The notes below the pieces were generated by a model. It did no database searches. It saw nothing but the letters and a program-made list of their open reading frames with translations, and was not told the origin of the DNA. From the IMG/VR virus record IMGVR_UViG_3300030108_003057, positions 1-64,000 of that record: DNA of 64,000 nt, one strand, 5' to 3'. Below are positions 39,546 through 50,307 of this stretch, one piece after another; position 1 is the stretch's first letter, and every line of letters starts with the position of its first letter. Made by a program: the position numbers and the translations under genes. Source of the stretch: a virus.

Positions 39546-41024
39546 TTACAATATGTAACTGATATTCCAATTTTCTTGGACATAATGATTTACTACGAAT
39601 AGTAAATGTGAGAAGGTGTTACATAATGCTTGAGAAAATGTGCTTTAGAAAAGTAAGCCTCATTATGTAACCGAAAATAGTAATTAGTTATTCAAAATAA
39701 CTATAATAATATTGTTAGTTTGAAAGTTATAGTTTATATAATAACTAGGTCAAACTTACAAATGTAATCTGATTATCATGTGCGAACCAAAATCATGATG
39801 ATTCACATACAATAGGAGAACCCCGAATCAGTATATAAAGCCCTGAAGTCCAAAAAGTCATTATGTATAGGTTATTTCAAATACCTTATTTGTAATACCT
39901 TATCAATAATACCTTATTAAAATACTTACCATATGGTCCTTAACTGTGATTAAGGTAATCCCCAAAATGTAAGGTAGCGGCTAAAGTAAATTTAACTACC
40001 CTAAAGGCGTTTTTTTAAATAAAAACGGTTAAAGTTTACTTTTTTGCAACCATATGGTAATAAATTCTTTTATACCTCGCTGCGGTATTGCGACAAGCCA
40101 CAAGGGTTCATTAAACCGTCTTCGCTATTTAAAATTCTACTTTTACCTGATTAAGAGAGAAGATAGATTAATAAAGATAGAATTTATAAATTTTAATAAA
40201 TCGCAAACCATATGGTCCGGTTTACGTGATACGGATGTATATGGTTTCTGCTGAGAGCAGATACTACTAAATATACTCCGTATTCGATAAACCAATAGAC
40301 CGCAGCGTGCTGTCCTCTCTCCGGGGACCGCATATAAAGTAATTATAATTGCTTTTCCTCTTCAATAGTTTTATTCAATCCAATAAAACAATTTCATCGT
40401 TACCATATGGTCCATGCGTTAGCATACTATGGACCGCGAGGGGGTGAACAGGAATGCTTAGTGTACATTATGATTATGATGATGAAATCATTGAAGATGT
40501 TTGTGAATAAGCATTCTACATCTGTTACCATATGGAACATTATAATATGTCCTCAAAAATAATGGGGTATCCCTCAAGTCCCAAAAAGTCTGCGCCTCCT
40601 AGGAAACACCACTTGCGTTATTTTAAAATTTCTCACTATAAAGAATTTATTAGCAGCGAACCATTTCATTATTTTAAAATCGTTTCCTTGAGCCACACAC
40701 TGTTCAGTTTAGTTATCGGGTACCATATGGTTTGAATTTGCATAATTTGTAAAGCAAATGCGTTTTGAATACTTGGAAAAACCAAACCCCAAAAAATAAA
40801 AAATAAAAAAACAACAGTTTTTGATAACGGAGAACTATTAAAAACTCCGGTAATTAAAGCCGTTTCGACTTGTAAATACTAACTTTTTGGAATACAATCG
40901 TTTTTATTCCAAAGGATGCACCAAAAGCACCTACTTTTGCAGGCACTTTTACCGTCCAATATTTTCTCTAACCATTCTTGATTAATTAGAGGGTCATCCC
41001 TTAATTCTTGAATCAAATCTTTAC

Positions 41025-41234
41025 TCATTCATTCATCTCCTTAAGTCGTTCTTGGATGATTTCTGTAATGCGTTTCATTGATACTACTAATTCCTGTTCA
41101 GAACTAGCAGGTATTCTCAACGATTCCAGAACCCAATTTTGATAACGGTCCTGTTTGAACTTTACGACATATTCAGCCTTCTTAAAAAATTTAAACATGT
41201 CCAACACCCACACAATTATCACACTTATAATCAT
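41025..41234 (-). CDS. Small hypothetical protein
   Basis: ORF track; probable start MFKFFKK. Confidence 0.45.
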   Translation of the reverse strand: MIISVIIVWVLDMFKFFKKAEYVVKFKQDRYQNWVLESLRIPASSEQELVVSMKRITEIIQERLKEMNE

Positions 41235-41264
41235 AACTTAACTCCATATCACAAATTTCACATT

Positions 41265-41486
41265 TCATCTTTTAACACCCACTGAATCATACCTTTTTTG
41301 TGCATCTGTACGCCAATCCCAATTAGGATAACGTTCTTGAAGCCAATTAGGGTTTTCTTGAACCATTTCTCGTCTTTCATGTCTGGCACGTAATTGCTTA
41401 ATTCTGTATCTACGCCATAATGGATTAGACCAACTATAATTACCACCAAATCTTCTTTCATATCTTTGATTAAAACTACTACTCAT
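41265..41486 (-). CDS. Small Arg/Trp-rich hypothetical protein
   Basis: AAGGAAG upstream; preferred over the overlapping 41258..41461 frame. Confidence 0.45.
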   Translation of the reverse strand: MSSSFNQRYERRFGGNYSWSNPLWRRYRIKQLRARHERREMVQENPNWLQERYPNWDWRTDAQKRYDSVGVKR

Positions 41487-41732
41487 CTTTTTCTACTTCC
41501 TTAATTACATTGATTTGACTTTTTTGATGTCGTAGAAAGTCATAACTACGCCTGTTTCTAAATTCACGATTTTTACAGGTTTATTTTGTTCGTACTATGC
41601 CCGAACATTGGCGGGTTGGGTTTTTTTGATGCGGGAAGTTGCCCATTAACTCCCGGCGAATTAGCATAATTATGCTTCTTCGTCTAAACGGAAAGAACTA
41701 CCTTCCGCCTCATCAATGTAATGGACACTCAT

Positions 41733-42335
41733 TTAAGCATCCACTCCATCTTGAGTTTCGACCTTTGTTTCTCCTGAATCAACAGTAAAAGTTAGGTCTG
41801 CATTACCGTCCCATGCACCGGAACGGTGTTTCGACATAAGATTCTGCTTTTCAGCATTCACTTTTGTTGAAATAAAACTATCCCTGTCTTCTATTACTGC
41901 ATAAGGTGACTCTGTATCTCTACCAGATAGTCTCAAAATTGATAGGCGATTAGCACCTTCAATTTCTTGGGCTGAATCGAATACTTGTCCCCAAAAAGTA
42001 GTGGCTACTTCTAGGTGGTTATCCAATACTGCCTGTACTGCTGGAGCAAGGTTACTACCTTTTCCTCTAGTAAAGGGCCAGTTCCCAATAGGGAAGTTTC
42101 TACCGATTCTTTGGATTAATTGCTTTAGTTCTAGTTCAGCACTATCAGCCATTTGTCCAAGGTAATTACCAATAACCATCATATTAAACTCAGCAACGTT
42201 GCGTTGCTTTTTGTCTTCTATGCTGGATATTAGAGGGGTAGTTTCCTCTATCCATTCGTTCACTTTATGCTGATAAACAGCATAGTCTTCTGCGTTCATT
42301 ATTTTTGTGTTTTCTTCTGCACTCATTTTTCTCAC
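41733..42335 (-). CDS. Hypothetical protein, apparent paralog of 42461..42985
   Basis: Shares V..W...EDKK...FNM..I.NY...I...(G/A)R with the divergent neighbour. Confidence 0.7.
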   Translation of the reverse strand: MRKMSAEENTKIMNAEDYAVYQHKVNEWIEETTPLISSIEDKKQRNVAEFNMMVIGNYLGQMADSAELELKQLIQRIGRNFPIGNWPFTRGKGSNLAPAVQAVLDNHLEVATTFWGQVFDSAQEIEGANRLSILRLSGRDTESPYAVIEDRDSFISTKVNAEKQNLMSKHRSGAWDGNADLTFTVDSGETKVETQDGVDA

Positions 42336-42370
42336 TTTCTGCCTGTTAAGGCAATAGTTAGAACAGATTT

Positions 42371-42413
42371 GAGTATATAAGGTACTAGGAGCAAAGCGCC
42401 CGTACCATATGGT
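42371..42413. promoter_or_regulatory. TATA-box plus CCATATGG module, copy 1
   Basis: GAGTATATAAGGTACT...CAAAG...CGTACCATATGGT between divergent genes; near-identical module at 44236. Confidence 0.6.
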
Positions 42414-42460
42414 AGTTAATTTACGAACACTTTGTAATAGTAATTTAAGTACCTCAAAAT

Positions 42461-42985
42461 ATGCAATATATCATGACGCAAGACGCTGATAACACCATAA
42501 CTGAAAAGTGGAACAATTTGGTAGTTAGAGTAACCGCATGGTTATTACTACCTTTTTGGTCCGAGAACGCCGAGGATAAGAAACATGCCTTTAACATGGG
42601 TACAATCCGTAACTATGTAGATTGGGGTAATGAGGGAACCGATGAAGATAAGAAATCTTACATGAGTTCTATCAATGCTCTAGCACGTAGATACAAAGAT
42701 TTGTGTGCTTTACCTTCTTCATCCAAACCAAAAGACCCAACAGTAGGTCAAATTTGGGAGGGAATGATGGAGAACCCAAATAGACTATTGGCTCTATTTA
42801 CTCTAAGAGAAGGTAACATCAAAACGTACAGTGACGCTTCTAAGATTGGACATAGGAGAATTAAGGCTCTTTTGAAAGATGAAGAAGGTCCGATTGATGT
42901 ATCAGAATTTATCAATAATTTTGATGCTTCTTTAGTAGCATATCCAGCAATGAAGGAGGAATCATCAATGGATGAAGAGGCATAA
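42461..42985 (+). CDS. Hypothetical protein, apparent paralog of 41733..42335
   Basis: See the paralog; followed by a terminator-like element. Confidence 0.7.
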   Translation: MQYIMTQDADNTITEKWNNLVVRVTAWLLLPFWSENAEDKKHAFNMGTIRNYVDWGNEGTDEDKKSYMSSINALARRYKDLCALPSSSKPKDPTVGQIWEGMMENPNRLLALFTLREGNIKTYSDASKIGHRRIKALLKDEEGPIDVSEFINNFDASLVAYPAMKEESSMDEEA

Positions 42986-42994
42986 TCTTCATTC

Positions 42995-43041
42995 GGGGTA
43001 GGGGGTAAAACCCCTATCCCACCCCTTCGGGGTTCTTTTTT
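42995..43041 (+). terminator. Double hairpin with T-tract
   Basis: GGGTAGGGG-gtaaaa-CCCCTATCC, then CCCC-TTCG-GGG, then TTCTTTTTT. Confidence 0.7.
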
Positions 43042-44235
43042 ACTTGTTTAGTATAACACTAAAACTCAGAAAGTTCTATTTTAGACATTACATTTGTTAC
43101 ACCAAACTGCGTATAACAAAAGAACCATATGGGTCTACTTCTTCCAGAAGTTAAATTATTCTTGCTCGTCAAACACTATAATCACCCCCGATGCGGCTTG
43201 CTTCTTCCCACTTCGGAGAAGCAATCCATATGGTACGAATAATATATAAGATTTAATATTTAATATAAAAGGAGTAATATTTGTCTTCGATTAGAATGAG
43301 GCAAATATGTACGACTGTTCTTTCTGTATAAATCTTATAAATTAAGAGTCCCCAGACGCTACGCGCGGCAGCCACGCGAGGACTTTCGGTAAAACTTTAG
43401 TAAATATTCATTCAATAAAACATATTTATTAACATAAATATTTCACTAGGATTTATGTGAATGTAATGGTAAACCATTCCATTTCACTAAACCCACAGTT
43501 TTACCACCGTACCATATGGAACATCGTGATATGTCCCCGACGGGGTTTCTCAGCATTAAGATAACATTTCTTAAGTCTTATTAATTATATCACTCGTCGT
43601 ACGGGAAGACGCACTCTGTTGCCATTGGTACGTCATATAATAATAATTATACTTACTAAAAATGTTCCATTTTTCCCTACTGGCAACAAGTCGCGTCCTT
43701 CCCTTCACTCCTCGTTCATCCTGAAAAAGCCTTAAGAACTTTTAAATAAAAGAGCATCGAACCATATGGTAATAATTTGTATTACCTCAAAAATTAAAAA
43801 AAATAAAAAAAAGGCGGGGGAAAGAACAGGTTTTCACCATTTACATCTTTATTAATTTCCAAAACCCCATATTTTTTAGGTGTGCAGTAAGATTATCGCT
43901 GTTACGAGACACTTACAAATTTAATCGTGATACAGTACGTTTGGTTGCGCTTTGTACTTGACGACTACTTTTACTTATCCATAAAGGGCTTGTACTCCCA
44001 ATATTTACCATCTGATTCCGCTAAGAATTGCGCTATTAAATCGCCCACAAACCAACCTTTGATTATTACGTTGTCTTCTCATCGGTGGAGAAACAAATTG
44101 CATTTAAGTCACTATAACTAAACTCAGTAGATAATGCATTATTACTTCACAGTAATTATTCTGCCATGCACTATATCATTTAAGTCCCTATTGGGACACC
44201 CAGCGACTGGCTGATACAGTTTATAGCACAAAATA

Positions 44236-44275
44236 GAGTATATAAGGTACTTACCAAAGTGTCGTACCATATGGT
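44236..44275. promoter_or_regulatory. TATA-box plus CCATATGG module, copy 2
   Basis: GAGTATATAAGGTACT...CAAAG..TCGTACCATATGGT; no adjacent ORF. Confidence 0.55.
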
Positions 44276-44678
44276 GACGAAGGAACCTTAAATTAAGGTA
44301 TTCACTACGTCAGAACATGCGGATATTAACTTGACTCTTTTCCAGCGTTGTAAATTAATTACTAACAGCAACAAAAAAGAGCCGGCGTTAATACCGTTTC
44401 TGTACCATATGGAGTGCTCATTATGAGCAAGAGAAACGTATTTAATTTATTTAAATGAATGTTGAACGTCTCCTCGCGGGCTACTTCATAAAACACATTT
44501 TTCATTAACTTCGTACCATAAATAATCTATTTTATTCGTACCATATGGTTCCGCTTTGCGTGAACTTGTTTTGTTATTTAAATAACGAAATCAAATAACC
44601 TATTTAATATAGTATATTTCAAATAACCATATCTTTATAGGTAACCCGAAACTTTTCTTTACTTGGAGGGAAATTATA

Positions 44679-45035
44679 ATGTACACATTTAATTTTAACT
44701 TAGGCGGCGGGCAAAATACCCCTGCAAATCATGATTTTGAACCAATAGTAACAGCAATAAAACACTTAGTTGAGGACTGGCATTCTTTTTATAACTTATA
44801 CAAAAAATTTGCGCCGCCTCCATTGGAGAACCAAATACAAATACAAGAATGGTTTAATGAAATTAAAAATAAGTTAGATGAACTCATAGAACTATACAAT
44901 GAAATACCAGATTCGCCGGAATTAGCAGATATACGTACTGATAATGACGCTGAAGAGTTATTAAAACACTTTGCCGAGTTAAATAATTTGTTTAATATAC
45001 CGAAAAAAGATACAGATGAACTGATGTACAATTAA
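44679..45035 (+). CDS. Hypothetical helical protein
   Basis: GGAGGG RBS; ORF track. Confidence 0.6.
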   Translation: MYTFNFNLGGGQNTPANHDFEPIVTAIKHLVEDWHSFYNLYKKFAPPPLENQIQIQEWFNEIKNKLDELIELYNEIPDSPELADIRTDNDAEELLKHFAELNNLFNIPKKDTDELMYN

Positions 45036-45230
45036 ATACTCTATTTTATTCACGCTATTTAGAATATTTTAAGTAAACCTTGGAAATGTAATGAAAAAAA
45101 TAAAAAAAATTTTGCTAGTGGCAAAAAAATTTCCGGCCATTTTTTGAAAAAGTAATTTAAATGAAAACATTGTGGTCGCGGGTAATAATAAACTTTATAT
45201 GTATCATAACTGGTGATGCAAATGAAAAAT

Positions 45231-47615
45231 ATGTCTTGGCGTAATATTTTAAAGGATGAAGCAGTAGAAAATTTTGGTTCATCCAGTAGTAATATTATAG
45301 AAGATGTAGATAAAATTCTATATGATATTCTTGATGAACAAGTAAAAGAAATTAAAGATAAGTCTAAAGATTTTGAAAAACAATGGGATTCTGCTACTGC
45401 AAAGATACCCGGAGTCAAAGGAAATGTCGGTGGAAAATTTATATCAGAAATATATGAACAGACACTAATGAATTCGATGAATTATTTTATAAATAAAAGA
45501 AGGTCAGACGTTTATATGGGTATATATAACGCTATAAAAAGTAATACTGCTATTCCACTAGTTAATGATTTCGATAATGAAACATTTAAAGCAAATGTAA
45601 GTGTTTCACCGTTAGATTATTTTAGTGCTTTAATGCTTAAACCAGAATCTGACGATGATAGTGGGTTAGGTAACCTATTCGATAGGATGAAAGTAGATAG
45701 TTCGTCTTGGGATAGTACAAGAAGTATATTTAGGAGTAGATTAATAAAAATTATAGATAAAAATACAGCGAATCATAAAATGAAAATATTTGAACCCAGT
45801 GAAAAAGGACCGTCAGAAAGCACACTTTTACCAAACGCCTCTATGTTTATGAATTTAGAAGGTAGAGATAGAAATATACTCTATGCTAAAGTTCCAATTG
45901 ACGGCGCCCCTCCCGCTACTTTTAAAATATCCTTACGAGAATTCTTAGTAATGCTAATAAATGTAAATAAAAACGAGATTGTTGAAACATATCGACTCTT
46001 TCTAAATTTAGTTAGTAGGGTTAATGAAAAACTTAAGTCTTTTTGGGGAGTAGATAAAGATTATATGCTAAGTGGTGGAAGAGATATAGAATATGAAGAA
46101 GCGAACACTTTCTTTGGATTTTCTCCAGAAGAATTAGGTGAAGGTATTGAAAGAACATTGGTAAGCGGAGTAGTAAGGGCGCAAAAAAATATTAATGATA
46201 CTGTTAAAAATCTAAAGCAGATAGAAGTTGTTGGTGAATCCACCGCAAAATATGATAAAAGATTATACACATATGGGGAACTTGGGGCAACTCCACCAGA
46301 AGGTAAAACTGCAAAAGATATTGTTGAAACATTTACTGATAAGACTAAAAAATTAACACAGCGAGAAATAAAACAACGAGATGACGTTGATTTAACAGGT
46401 TTAAATATAATGCAGGGCGACAAGAAAATAGGAATATTACTTTATAAAATAGTAATTCCAGTTAAAAGAGGGGAAGATATATCAAAGTTCTTATCGAGTA
46501 AGGAAAGGCAAATGATAGATTATCCTAGTCTATATGCGAGTGCATTCATGGAGCGAGTGTCGGGTCTACGTGGCGGTAGAGCAGGTCGAGTAATGCCTGT
46601 TATATTTATTGGTACCGTGGCAGAAGACAGCAACAAACGTAATAGAACTATAGAGTCTTATGTTGAAGCACCTTCTATTAAAACAATTGGTAGAATTTTT
46701 ACAGAACCAGAATCCTATAATTATCCTACTCCATCAGAATTAGTCGCTACGGGTTTTGCATCAGATACTGTAACAGATTTCTTACCTAGCGTAACGTCCA
46801 GTGAATTTGCTAGATTAGTATATCATGAACCTTCTGAAAGAAACTTTATAGAATATAAATTTACTATACCGTTGATAGAGTTTGGAAATGCAAAGATTAA
46901 TTATAGAACCCTAGAAGATACGATGGAAGATGGTCTTATATCATTTAAAAATTATTTAATCCAAAATAATTTACTAAAACAAGAAAATGCCTTCAGAATA
47001 ACTGAGGATATAACGGTGGATTTTATGAGATACTATAGAGGAACAATTAACAATTTATCAGGTGTCGGTACCATTTATAATCATGTAAACCACTATCTAG
47101 GGTGGCAAAATCGTAGTTTTGAAGGAACAGAAACTTTATTTCAGATGGGTGATAAGTATAATATAGACATTGTAAAATTACTTACCTTATCAGGACTCAA
47201 AGTAAAGAAATTTGAATGTAAAATTTTCTTAGATGTGTTTGGTGCTATGAGGTCAAGGGGAGAAAAAGGACAACGTACTAGGAGTTCACAATATGGTGAT
47301 TATACAGTATCTTTAGGTCAACCACATCTTTGTTTTTATAGCGACTTAAAAAGTGGTAAGATTTATCCAGAAACAGGCGGCGGAGATGTATGTATAGTTT
47401 TATCGTCTAATGTACCTGTTGCTGATGCAGTAGGCCCCATAAGTTTACAATTATTACAGTTAGTTAATATATTAGAAGATTTTTCAAAAGAATTTGATAT
47501 TAGAAAATTTACACAATTAAAACCGATGGGTATACAAAGTGACTTGTCTGGAAAATTTGCTAGTATAATAGGTAATTCTGAAGTGAAACCAGTTGGTGAC
47601 GTTAAGGTGGTTTAA
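45231..47615 (+). CDS. Large hypothetical protein with MSWRNILK tag
   Basis: Tag starts at the ATG at 45231; C-terminal 'GDVCIV...PVAD' cysteine motif. Confidence 0.7.
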   Translation: MSWRNILKDEAVENFGSSSSNIIEDVDKILYDILDEQVKEIKDKSKDFEKQWDSATAKIPGVKGNVGGKFISEIYEQTLMNSMNYFINKRRSDVYMGIYNAIKSNTAIPLVNDFDNETFKANVSVSPLDYFSALMLKPESDDDSGLGNLFDRMKVDSSSWDSTRSIFRSRLIKIIDKNTANHKMKIFEPSEKGPSESTLLPNASMFMNLEGRDRNILYAKVPIDGAPPATFKISLREFLVMLINVNKNEIVETYRLFLNLVSRVNEKLKSFWGVDKDYMLSGGRDIEYEEANTFFGFSPEELGEGIERTLVSGVVRAQKNINDTVKNLKQIEVVGESTAKYDKRLYTYGELGATPPEGKTAKDIVETFTDKTKKLTQREIKQRDDVDLTGLNIMQGDKKIGILLYKIVIPVKRGEDISKFLSSKERQMIDYPSLYASAFMERVSGLRGGRAGRVMPVIFIGTVAEDSNKRNRTIESYVEAPSIKTIGRIFTEPESYNYPTPSELVATGFASDTVTDFLPSVTSSEFARLVYHEPSERNFIEYKFTIPLIEFGNAKINYRTLEDTMEDGLISFKNYLIQNNLLKQENAFRITEDITVDFMRYYRGTINNLSGVGTIYNHVNHYLGWQNRSFEGTETLFQMGDKYNIDIVKLLTLSGLKVKKFECKIFLDVFGAMRSRGEKGQRTRSSQYGDYTVSLGQPHLCFYSDLKSGKIYPETGGGDVCIVLSSNVPVADAVGPISLQLLQLVNILEDFSKEFDIRKFTQLKPMGIQSDLSGKFASIIGNSEVKPVGDVKVV

Positions 47616-47616
47616 T

Positions 47617-48168
47617 ATGTGGTGGGATATAATTAAGTCGGATGACCTGCATAAAGATTTTAAATTTAGACAAGGTAAACCTTGGAGAGTAAGATTTTTA
47701 ATGTGGGCGGGTAATAAAATTAATCATCTTCTTGGTGGTCCACCTAAACAATTTCTTATGTTAGGTGGTTATCAACCAAAAACCGGAGAGGCAGATGCAT
47801 ATTTAGATGATATAAAAGAGTATCGTAAAAGATATGGTGGGACATATACAGAAATAATAACAGACATATTAACTCACGAATATGTTCATAAAGTATTAAC
47901 CGAAGACCCCGAAATAAATAAACTATTAAAACCATATAGAAAACATAGATTTGACCCTTTGGCTGTTTCTGCTCAAGAATGGGCAGCAAACCAAATGTCT
48001 ACTACTAGTGAATTACAAGCATTATATAATTTATTACAACACCCAGCAGTTCCACAATCTACAAAAATCAGGGCTGAAGAAAAAATAGACAGGGTATATA
48101 CAATTAAAGAAAAAGTAGAAGATGAGGTAGAGACATTCCTACAAGAAAACCCAGTGGAGGAACAATAA
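47617..48168 (+). CDS. HExxH zincin-like protein with MWWDIIK tag
   Basis: 'DILTHEYVH' followed by a downstream Glu (AQEWAA). Confidence 0.6.
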   Translation: MWWDIIKSDDLHKDFKFRQGKPWRVRFLMWAGNKINHLLGGPPKQFLMLGGYQPKTGEADAYLDDIKEYRKRYGGTYTEIITDILTHEYVHKVLTEDPEINKLLKPYRKHRFDPLAVSAQEWAANQMSTTSELQALYNLLQHPAVPQSTKIRAEEKIDRVYTIKEKVEDEVETFLQENPVEEQ

Positions 48169-49007
48169 TGTGGTGGGATATAATTAAATCAAAATGGGTA
48201 GATAATCTATCCGAGAAAAAGAAAAAGATATTAGAACATAAACCATCTTTTGAAGTAGATGTTCCTAAAATGTCTTACCCTGATGATGAAAAGGAAATAA
48301 AGGAAGTCATTAAAATTATGAAAGATAAACCAGTCCCTAAAAAAATAATGGATAAAAATGATAAGGATGCCGATACATTGATGTATGGTATTGTAGGTGC
48401 GAAAGCCGCAGACTATAAAGATTTTAAAATGGATTTAGACTCTTATGTTATGCAAGAGAAAATGAAATATGAAAGACCTAGACCAAATGAAAGTTCTAAG
48501 TTAAGTGAAACTAAAACCAAAACAGATGATACTCCGGCTTTTCCGTCGGGTCATGCTACTTTAGTATATGCTTTAGAAAAAATATTGGGTGCAAAACATC
48601 CTAATAAATCTGATGAATTAAGTAAGATGGCGGAAATGTTAGCATTGGCTAGAGTTCAAATGGGTTCTCATTATCCTTCTGATATTGAGGCAGGTAAAAA
48701 ATTAGGTTATCTTATTGCTAAAGAATATTTAAAAATTAATAAGGCTAAAATAAAAGCACATATGCCCACACTAAGACAGGCTCTAAAAGAAATAGACCTA
48801 CCTGAAAGATTTACCTTAGCGGAAATTAAACAACCGTTAAGAGAAAAATATATTGAGTTAAGACAAGATGAGGTAGACGGCTATCAATTAAGAAGAGAAT
48901 TAGCAAAATTAGATAGAAGTCATGTTTCTATTGTTCCTAGAATTCTAAATAGTATGCGTATTTATTCTAATGAAACTCGTGGCGGTCTTGCATTATTTAG
49001 AAGGTGA
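48168..49007 (+). CDS. PAP2/acid phosphatase-haloperoxidase family protein with C-terminal wHTH-like domain and MWWDIIK tag
   Basis: KMKYERPRP, PAFPSGHA, ARVQMGSHYPSD. Confidence 0.85.
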   Translation: MWWDIIKSKWVDNLSEKKKKILEHKPSFEVDVPKMSYPDDEKEIKEVIKIMKDKPVPKKIMDKNDKDADTLMYGIVGAKAADYKDFKMDLDSYVMQEKMKYERPRPNESSKLSETKTKTDDTPAFPSGHATLVYALEKILGAKHPNKSDELSKMAEMLALARVQMGSHYPSDIEAGKKLGYLIAKEYLKINKAKIKAHMPTLRQALKEIDLPERFTLAEIKQPLREKYIELRQDEVDGYQLRRELAKLDRSHVSIVPRILNSMRIYSNETRGGLALFRR

Positions 49008-49011
49008 AGTA

Positions 49012-50241
49012 ATGAATTGGAAAAATATTATATCTAAGGACGAGGACACAGAAGTTTTAGATGAAGGGTTGGTTAATAAAATAAAAACTGAAATACTACC
49101 TAACTTAAAAGAAATGATTGACGTCCTAGGTATATCAAAAGATTTAATAACATTACATAGGATTATTAATTCTGCCGAGGCTACAATTAGTAATATTCAA
49201 GGTAAAACTGAACAGGAAATTGATGAAATGTCTAAAAGCGGATATTTTCAGTTTTTAAAAACTTTACCAACTAATTATATGTATAATACATTTGTAAACG
49301 CAGATGCTGTAATAACTAATGCTTTACTTCAATATGAAGAACTACGGCCAAATTCTATTGATAGAATAGCAAATGCGTTAGAAAGAAATATAGATATGGC
49401 TAAAAAATTTATAAATTTAGCGGCTGCTATGCAAATTAAAGTTGATTGGGTGGATAATCAATTTAGACTATCGGTAGGTGATTATTTTAAGGACGTGAGT
49501 ATAGAAACAATATTTGATGAATCAGGGCCAGAATTTGTATACGAATGTAATCTTATTCGTGTTCGTGATAGACCAAGAGACGTAATCTGTTTACAGCAAG
49601 GTTCGGAAAGTAGAGCAACCGGTTTTGATATGGAGTTAAGTTCGATGGCAACAATCTCAGCAGCACTTAAAACAAACTTGGGTAATACTTTAGGTGATAT
49701 TGGACACTGGATAGATTACTGGATTTATTTAACCAGTAAAGGATTTCAAGTAGATGCTTGGGAACAAGAAGATAATCCGGATATTACAAGACTAATTTTT
49801 GATAAGTCAATTGATGCAGAAAGATTTAGAAGATGGAAAATGGAACCCTTTCATAAAAAATATGATAAATCATCTAGACCTTTTAATAGAAGAAGAGGCC
49901 AAACAAATGACGTAATATTTCCTAAAGCAATAGAATATTATGATGATAAAATGTATATTCCATATGCGCGAGATTATAATGAAATAGATGTAAGTAATTG
50001 GGGTCTAAGTGTTAAAGAACATGTTGCTAAATTTGGAGACATAGATAGTAATGAATATAAAGATTTTAGTAATTTTAAACTTTGGAGAGAACCAGAGCCT
50101 GAACCAGAAATAGTAGACGCAGAAATAGTAGACGAAGACGATGAAAGAATTAATCAAGAAGTAGATGAATTAATAGATGTCTATAATAGACGAAGAGATG
50201 ATGATGATAATGATTTTAACCCAGCAGCGGCAAACGCATAA
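49012..50241 (+). CDS. Hypothetical protein with MNWKNIISK tag
   Basis: Tag at the ATG at 49012; acidic tail; 'DVICLQ' motif. Confidence 0.65.
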   Translation: MNWKNIISKDEDTEVLDEGLVNKIKTEILPNLKEMIDVLGISKDLITLHRIINSAEATISNIQGKTEQEIDEMSKSGYFQFLKTLPTNYMYNTFVNADAVITNALLQYEELRPNSIDRIANALERNIDMAKKFINLAAAMQIKVDWVDNQFRLSVGDYFKDVSIETIFDESGPEFVYECNLIRVRDRPRDVICLQQGSESRATGFDMELSSMATISAALKTNLGNTLGDIGHWIDYWIYLTSKGFQVDAWEQEDNPDITRLIFDKSIDAERFRRWKMEPFHKKYDKSSRPFNRRRGQTNDVIFPKAIEYYDDKMYIPYARDYNEIDVSNWGLSVKEHVAKFGDIDSNEYKDFSNFKLWREPEPEPEIVDAEIVDEDDERINQEVDELIDVYNRRRDDDDNDFNPAAANA

Positions 50242-50307
50242 TTAGAAATGTTTATTAATAAATAAGCATTACATTAGTAATGTTAATAAGACTATGAAGT
50301 GTTTAAC

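Larger units (their letters stand above)
39928..44549. repeat. Dispersed array of 14 CCATATGG palindromes (consensus (cgt)ACCATATGGT)
   Basis: 10-mer copies start at about 39928, 40049, 40207, 40402, 40527, 40722, 42404, 43124, 43225, 43511, 43761, 44266, 44404 and 44540; none noticed elsewhere in the window. Confidence 0.85.

Noticed and set aside
40054-40735. ORFs 40054..40254 and 40532..40735
   Set aside because: Their ATGs come from the CCATATGG motif itself; there is no RBS and the composition is not protein-like. 39273..39467 and 43927..44121 were rejected on composition as well.
39928-44549. CRISPR array interpretation of the CCATATGG repeats
   Set aside because: The repeat is only 8-13 bp and the spacing is long and irregular (100-500 bp); no cas1/cas2 or effector genes are present.
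39300-45200. Retron or DGR explanation for the structured region
   Set aside because: No reverse transcriptase motif or template/variable repeat pair was recognised in the window.
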